From contig CAVOJZ010000002.1 of the NCBI GenBank assembly GCA_963696395.1, forward strand, positions 363,989 to 427,988: a stretch of 64,000 nt of DNA. The letters are read 5' to 3'. Under the pieces are notes generated by a model. The model saw only the letters and a list, made by a program, of their open reading frames with translations, searched no databases and was not told where the DNA came from. Below, piece after piece: positions 60,354 to 64,000 of this stretch (position 1 is the stretch's first letter; every line of letters begins with the position of its first letter). Both the position numbers and the translations under genes were made by a program. This stretch comes from an uncultured bacterium (GTDB lineage Bacteria; Patescibacteriota; Minisyncoccia; UBA6257; 2-01-FULL-56-20).

Positions 60354-61451
60354 AAGAACGATCTGCCATAGCTGGTTGGTCCTCGCACGAAATGATCCGG
60401 CGCTTGAAAGAAGATAAAATCGCCACATCCTATGGAACACCTCGCCGTAATGCCCGGCGATTTCCGGCCAGTGTTTTTCGAAGTTTGCGGCCCAGGCCAT
60501 GAGCGTCTTATCGTAATCCGCCCCAAAGTTATGCCAGTCCTCCATCACAAACACGTTCTCGATATTCTTCCCGATAAACGCCACCGACGGGAGCATACCG
60601 TTCGGAAAAATATATTTGTGCATCCAAGGTTCCGTGTGAATCAGCGAACTGTTCGTGCCGATCGTATGCAAAAGAAATAGCCCGCCATCGCACAAGTGGT
60701 CGCTTACCGTCTTAAAATAGGTCCGATAATTTTTGTGGCCGACATGCTCGAACATGCCGAGCGAAACAATATGGTCAAACACCCCTTCGATTTCCCGATA
60801 ATCCTGCAGGCGTAATTCAACAGACAGGCCCTCGCACATCTTCCTCCCGAGCGCGACCTGCTCTTTTGAAACGGTCACCCCGACGACATTCGCCTTGTAT
60901 CGCTCTGCGGCAAATTTTGCAAAGCTTCCCCATCCGCAACCAATATCGAGGACTTTCTGTCCGGGCTGTATGCGAAGTTTACGACAGACGAGGTTGAGTT
61001 TCGCCTCCTGCGCGGCATCAAGATTCTGCGGATTGTTATCCAGACCATGCCAATAGCCGCAGGTGTAAGTCATTCGGCGGTCGAGCATGCCTTTAAAAAG
61101 ATCATTTCCCGCATCGTAATGCCGCTCGCCGATTTCGAAGGCGCGCGACCTGGCTCCGAAATTCGTAAGGAGCGCCTCGAGCGCGATGAGCACATTGCCG
61201 GGCGTGAGCTTTATCCTGCCTTGGAGATTGGCCGAAAAAATTCTTTCGATAAGTTCGTCGAGAGCGGCACAGTCCCACCATCCGGCCATGTAAGCCTCCC
61301 CGAATGCAAGCGATCCGCCACGAATCACGGCTCGGTAAAAGCGCTCATCATAAACCAGAATATCCCATGCCCGCCCCGCATCGCCCGTCGGATTTACGCG
61401 GATGTCCACCTCTGCAAGCAATTTCTCTATCGCCGCCTTCGCACGATCCAT
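60312..61451 (-). CDS. cfa: Cyclopropane fatty acyl phospholipid synthase
   Basis: GEAYMAGWW, HYD.GNDLF, YTCGYW, LDIGCGWG, GMFEHVG, YIFPNG. Confidence 0.95.
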   Translation of the reverse strand: MDRAKAAIEKLLAEVDIRVNPTGDAGRAWDILVYDERFYRAVIRGGSLAFGEAYMAGWWDCAALDELIERIFSANLQGRIKLTPGNVLIALEALLTNFGARSRAFEIGERHYDAGNDLFKGMLDRRMTYTCGYWHGLDNNPQNLDAAQEAKLNLVCRKLRIQPGQKVLDIGCGWGSFAKFAAERYKANVVGVTVSKEQVALGRKMCEGLSVELRLQDYREIEGVFDHIVSLGMFEHVGHKNYRTYFKTVSDHLCDGGLFLLHTIGTNSSLIHTEPWMHKYIFPNGMLPSVAFIGKNIENVFVMEDWHNFGADYDKTLMAWAANFEKHWPEIAGHYGEVFHRMWRFYLLSSAGSFRARTNQLWQIVLSKRGVRGGYESVR

Positions 61452-61522
61452 AGAACTATGATAAGACGATATTTTTAAAGCAACAACCGATAAAAAAACG
61501 GAGCATATGTTCGGCGGCTTGC

Positions 61523-62140
61523 CTACGATATGCTCCTTAATTGCTTTACCTCCTCAATCAGTATCTCCACTTCGTGCGTAAACGTTTCGGCCGTGACCTT
61601 CATTTCTGTCAGCTGAGCTAGCATTGATTCCAGCCTGGCGCGGCTCACGACCACCCGGACTATCTGCTTGGTTTCCGGTGGTGGTGTGGCTGGTGCTTGT
61701 GCTGGTGGCGGTGGCGGTGTTTCCGGTGCCGGCTGAACCAACTCCACTTGCACTGGAACCGATTCAGTTGCCGGTCTCGGCTCCGGATCGATTTCCGCCG
61801 GTTCAATTTCTTCGGCTTTCCTGAAATCTCCTTTCAGCAATCGCAAAACTGTCGGCTCAAACTCCGGTGGACTATTAACGCAGAAGCTGACAACCTTCCA
61901 GCCGTCCGGTCCGCGCATCTTTGCGATGTCGGCTTCCAGTTTCAGCCTTGCATTTCTCTCGATGCCCTTGCGACACCAGACGACCGCGCGTATGCGACTG
62001 AGGCTGCTCAGAATCCCATGGGCCTGTTTAATGCTCAGCCATCGCAATCGCGGATCTTTGCCTATCGTTGGGTCAGTCATGTCGTCCCGGTCGGCTTCGA
62101 CGAGGACGATAGAAAGCTTTTCAAGTTCTACAATGCTCAT
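61523..62140 (-). CDS. Hypothetical protein with Pro-rich linker and C-terminal coiled coil
   Basis: GAGGAGG SD before ATG; 205-aa ORF. Confidence 0.7.
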   Translation of the reverse strand: MSIVELEKLSIVLVEADRDDMTDPTIGKDPRLRWLSIKQAHGILSSLSRIRAVVWCRKGIERNARLKLEADIAKMRGPDGWKVVSFCVNSPPEFEPTVLRLLKGDFRKAEEIEPAEIDPEPRPATESVPVQVELVQPAPETPPPPPAQAPATPPPETKQIVRVVVSRARLESMLAQLTEMKVTAETFTHEVEILIEEVKQLRSIS

Positions 62141-62168
62141 ATCGTCCTCCTCTGGTTAGCTTCGGATG

Positions 62169-62402
62169 TTAATAGGAACAACGGAGATGAATTTTTACGG
62201 ACAACCCTTGAGTGCTCAGTGCGGCATCAACGACGTTGATGTTGATCCAAATATGTCCCGTTCGCTGCGCGTTGACTTCTGCGGCAAAGGCGTTCGCTTG
62301 ATCCTGGGTGACTTTTTCCTCGAGGAAAACGGTTTTCTGTTCCCCTTGTTTGGCGTTGGCGCACCACAGGCGAAGATCCTCCAGCTTCTTTAGGAACTGC
62401 AT
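62169..62402 (-). CDS. Hypothetical protein (77 aa)
   Basis: GGAG SD before ATG; co-oriented with the downstream orphan. Confidence 0.6.
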   Translation of the reverse strand: MQFLKKLEDLRLWCANAKQGEQKTVFLEEKVTQDQANAFAAEVNAQRTGHIWININVVDAALSTQGLSVKIHLRCSY

Positions 62403-62501
62403 GTTCTCTCCACAATTCAAGATGTCCTGCTACCCAAAATGTGCCACAAGGCATACTTGTCTGTCAAATAAAAAATGAGGGGAACTATATACAAAACTAC
62501 C

Positions 62502-62750
62502 CTAGGGCTTAAAAATAAGGATCGCGACTAAAATGACCGCTATTATTATTAAAGCCGTTTTTATTTGTCCTAGAGTATGATTGACCTCGTCCCTCATTTC
62601 GCTCACCTCTCTGTTTAATTCTTTGGCGAGATGCACGGGATCATTGTAAGCATCGAAATTAAACTTATCTTCGATTGTTACGTGCTCACCGCGTGCTTCC
62701 TTAGCCGCTGATTCTTTAAACTTCTGACTTAAGCTCTTCTCGATTCTCAT
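62502..62750 (-). CDS. Small protein with coiled coil and C-terminal TM anchor
   Basis: TATACT 6 nt before ATG; ALIIIAVILVAILIF tail. Confidence 0.7.
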   Translation of the reverse strand: MRIEKSLSQKFKESAAKEARGEHVTIEDKFNFDAYNDPVHLAKELNREVSEMRDEVNHTLGQIKTALIIIAVILVAILIFKP

Positions 62751-62790
62751 GGCTTCAGTATATCACTTGCCGCGCCGAAACTTCGAAATG

Positions 62791-62881
62791 CCGTGGGTAC
62801 AGGATTCGAACCTGCGTAGCCGCTAAAACGCCGCTATCTCGTCCCTAAGACGAGTGCGTTCAACCCCTCCGCCAACCCACG
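62791..62881 (-). tRNA. Atypical class II tRNA, anticodon TAG (nominally Leu), Ser-like body, G73
   Basis: CGTGGGT/ACCCACG acceptor, CTCGT-CTTAGGG-ACGAG anticodon arm, 22-nt variable region, GCAGG-TTCGAAT-CCTGT T arm. Confidence 0.85.
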
Positions 62882-62989
62882 GTTATTTCTGTTTCTTTCC
62901 TTTCTTGCGCTTCTTGCCTTCGGGAGAGGCGTTGAGCAATCGGTAAATGTTTAGAAAGAGTTAAACAATATTATTTCTAATCGTATAAA

Positions 62990-63030
62990 AAAGGCGCACG
63001 ACCGTCATATACTATGACGCGTACGCCTTT
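62990..63030 (-). terminator. Hairpin/terminator downstream of the cupin gene
   Basis: AAAGGCG..CGTCATA-TAC-TATGACG..CGCCTTT preceded by an A run. Confidence 0.6.
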
Positions 63031-63053
63031 GCTAAAGTTTCCCTCTTGAGGGG

Positions 63054-63485
63054 TTAACGAAGTTCGTATGGCAGATCGCCGACTGGTTCGAAATCTGCCG
63101 GAATGTCAGCGGGCGGTTCAAATGTGTAGGGCTTGGCGCTACTTCCCAGCATGAGCGTTCCCGCCATCCCATAAGCGCGATGAGCGATTCCCGCCGGAAC
63201 AAGAAGGATCCACCCTGCCTTCATGACAAATCGCTCCTTTTCGTCGGCTTCGCGATCCCAAAGATCGAAGGTAACCTCGCCGCGAACAACAAAATACAGT
63301 TCTGCGTAGGCGTGGAAATGACCCTGCTTCCCGAGAAAATCATTTTGGTGCAGCTCGAGAAGTTTTATTTGCTCCGCCGTGTAGCCGTTCAGATCGGGAT
63401 CTCCATTGCAGATACCGAACAGGGTTCGCTGCGGGCGCTTGTTGGTTAAATTTGGATCAGATTCACGACAGACAACTCCGCGCAT
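63054..63485 (-). CDS. Cupin domain protein
   Basis: GHFH...ELYFVVRG and LVPAGIAH cupin motifs; AGGAGG SD; TTGACA-17-TATACT upstream (63526-63554). Confidence 0.82.
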   Translation of the reverse strand: MRGVVCRESDPNLTNKRPQRTLFGICNGDPDLNGYTAEQIKLLELHQNDFLGKQGHFHAYAELYFVVRGEVTFDLWDREADEKERFVMKAGWILLVPAGIAHRAYGMAGTLMLGSSAKPYTFEPPADIPADFEPVGDLPYELR

Positions 63486-63563
63486 TGATTTAACCTCCTA
63501 TTGCCAAAGTTCTAAATGCTCACAAAGTATAGCGAAATTAATCAATTCTGTCAAATATGTGGA

Positions 63564-64000
63564 CGCGAATTCAATCTTGAAATGCAACATCTCCGCGGGT
63601 GAGAATATCGGTACGTCGAATACCAAAAACCCACATAACGGAGATGTCGCACTCGCATTTTACGCGCGACGACCGTGTCGCGCTAGCCCACCTGCTCTTG
63701 GTGGGCAAAACACAGTCATGGATCGCGGACCGGCTTGGCAAGAGTCCGGGTACAATCAGTCGGGAGATCAGGAGGAACCGTGATGATGACGGCGTATATC
63801 GCGGCGGCAGCGCCCATCACAAGACACAATACCGAAGGTTTGCTGCCAAAGAACCGTCGCAGAAATTGAAGCATGATCGAACGCTCCGCCGCCATGTCAT
63901 GCGAAAACTCAAGCACTATTGGTCGCCCGAACAGATCGCGGGACGTTTGCAGCGAATGACGAAACACACCGTCGTCTCCCATGAGACGATTTACCAGTTC
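63564..64000 (+). mobile_element. IS30-family insertion sequence, left end (truncated by window)
   Basis: Candidate terminal IR CGCGAATTCAATCTTGAAATGCAACA followed by a transposase ORF. Confidence 0.8.
63644..64000 (+). CDS. IS30-family transposase (partial)
   Basis: Not in the ORF track; manual translation MSHSHFTRDDR..IADRLGKSPGTISREIRRN..WSPEQIAGRL..VSHETIYQF. Confidence 0.92.
   Translation, partial: MSHSHFTRDDRVALAHLLLVGKTQSWIADRLGKSPGTISREIRRNRDDDGVYRGGSAHHKTQYRRFAAKEPSQKLKHDRTLRRHVMRKLKHYWSPEQIAGRLQRMTKHTVVSHETIYQF

Overview
A 64 kb stretch of bacterial chromosome (translation table 11). Gene style and content suggest a Patescibacteria/CPR (Parcubacteria-like) genome; this assignment is an inference. 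About 0.5-39 kb is a very large surface-glycan and lipid-modification locus: two paralogous Wzx flippases, several GT2s, two GT11s, an initiating sugar transferase, gmd/fcl, a GDP-heptose pathway (gmhA, hddA, hddC-gmhB fusion), RmlC-like and many SDR enzymes, a TPP enzyme, C- and FkbM methyltransferases, and an O-antigen-ligase-like protein. About 39-56 kb is housekeeping: rny, gpmI, secG, tRNA-Leu(CAG), rnj, trpS, ileS, argS, smpB, uppP. About 56-64 kb is accessory: DsbA, an SqdB-like gene paired with a class V aminotransferase, cfa, orphans, an atypical tRNA, a cupin, and the left end of an IS30-family element. The most unusual signals are (1) a tRNA with a Leu (UAG) anticodon on a Ser-like body with G73, (2) two gene-expression architectures, leaderless core genes versus SD-led accessory genes with their own promoters and terminators, (3) orphan small transcription units, including a thrL-like attenuator with no downstream gene, (4) IleRS with an inserted histidine-phosphatase domain, (5) long inverted-repeat intergenic elements, and (6) a nonsense-interrupted inositol monophosphatase gene. 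All calls rest on motifs read by eye; no database searches were run.
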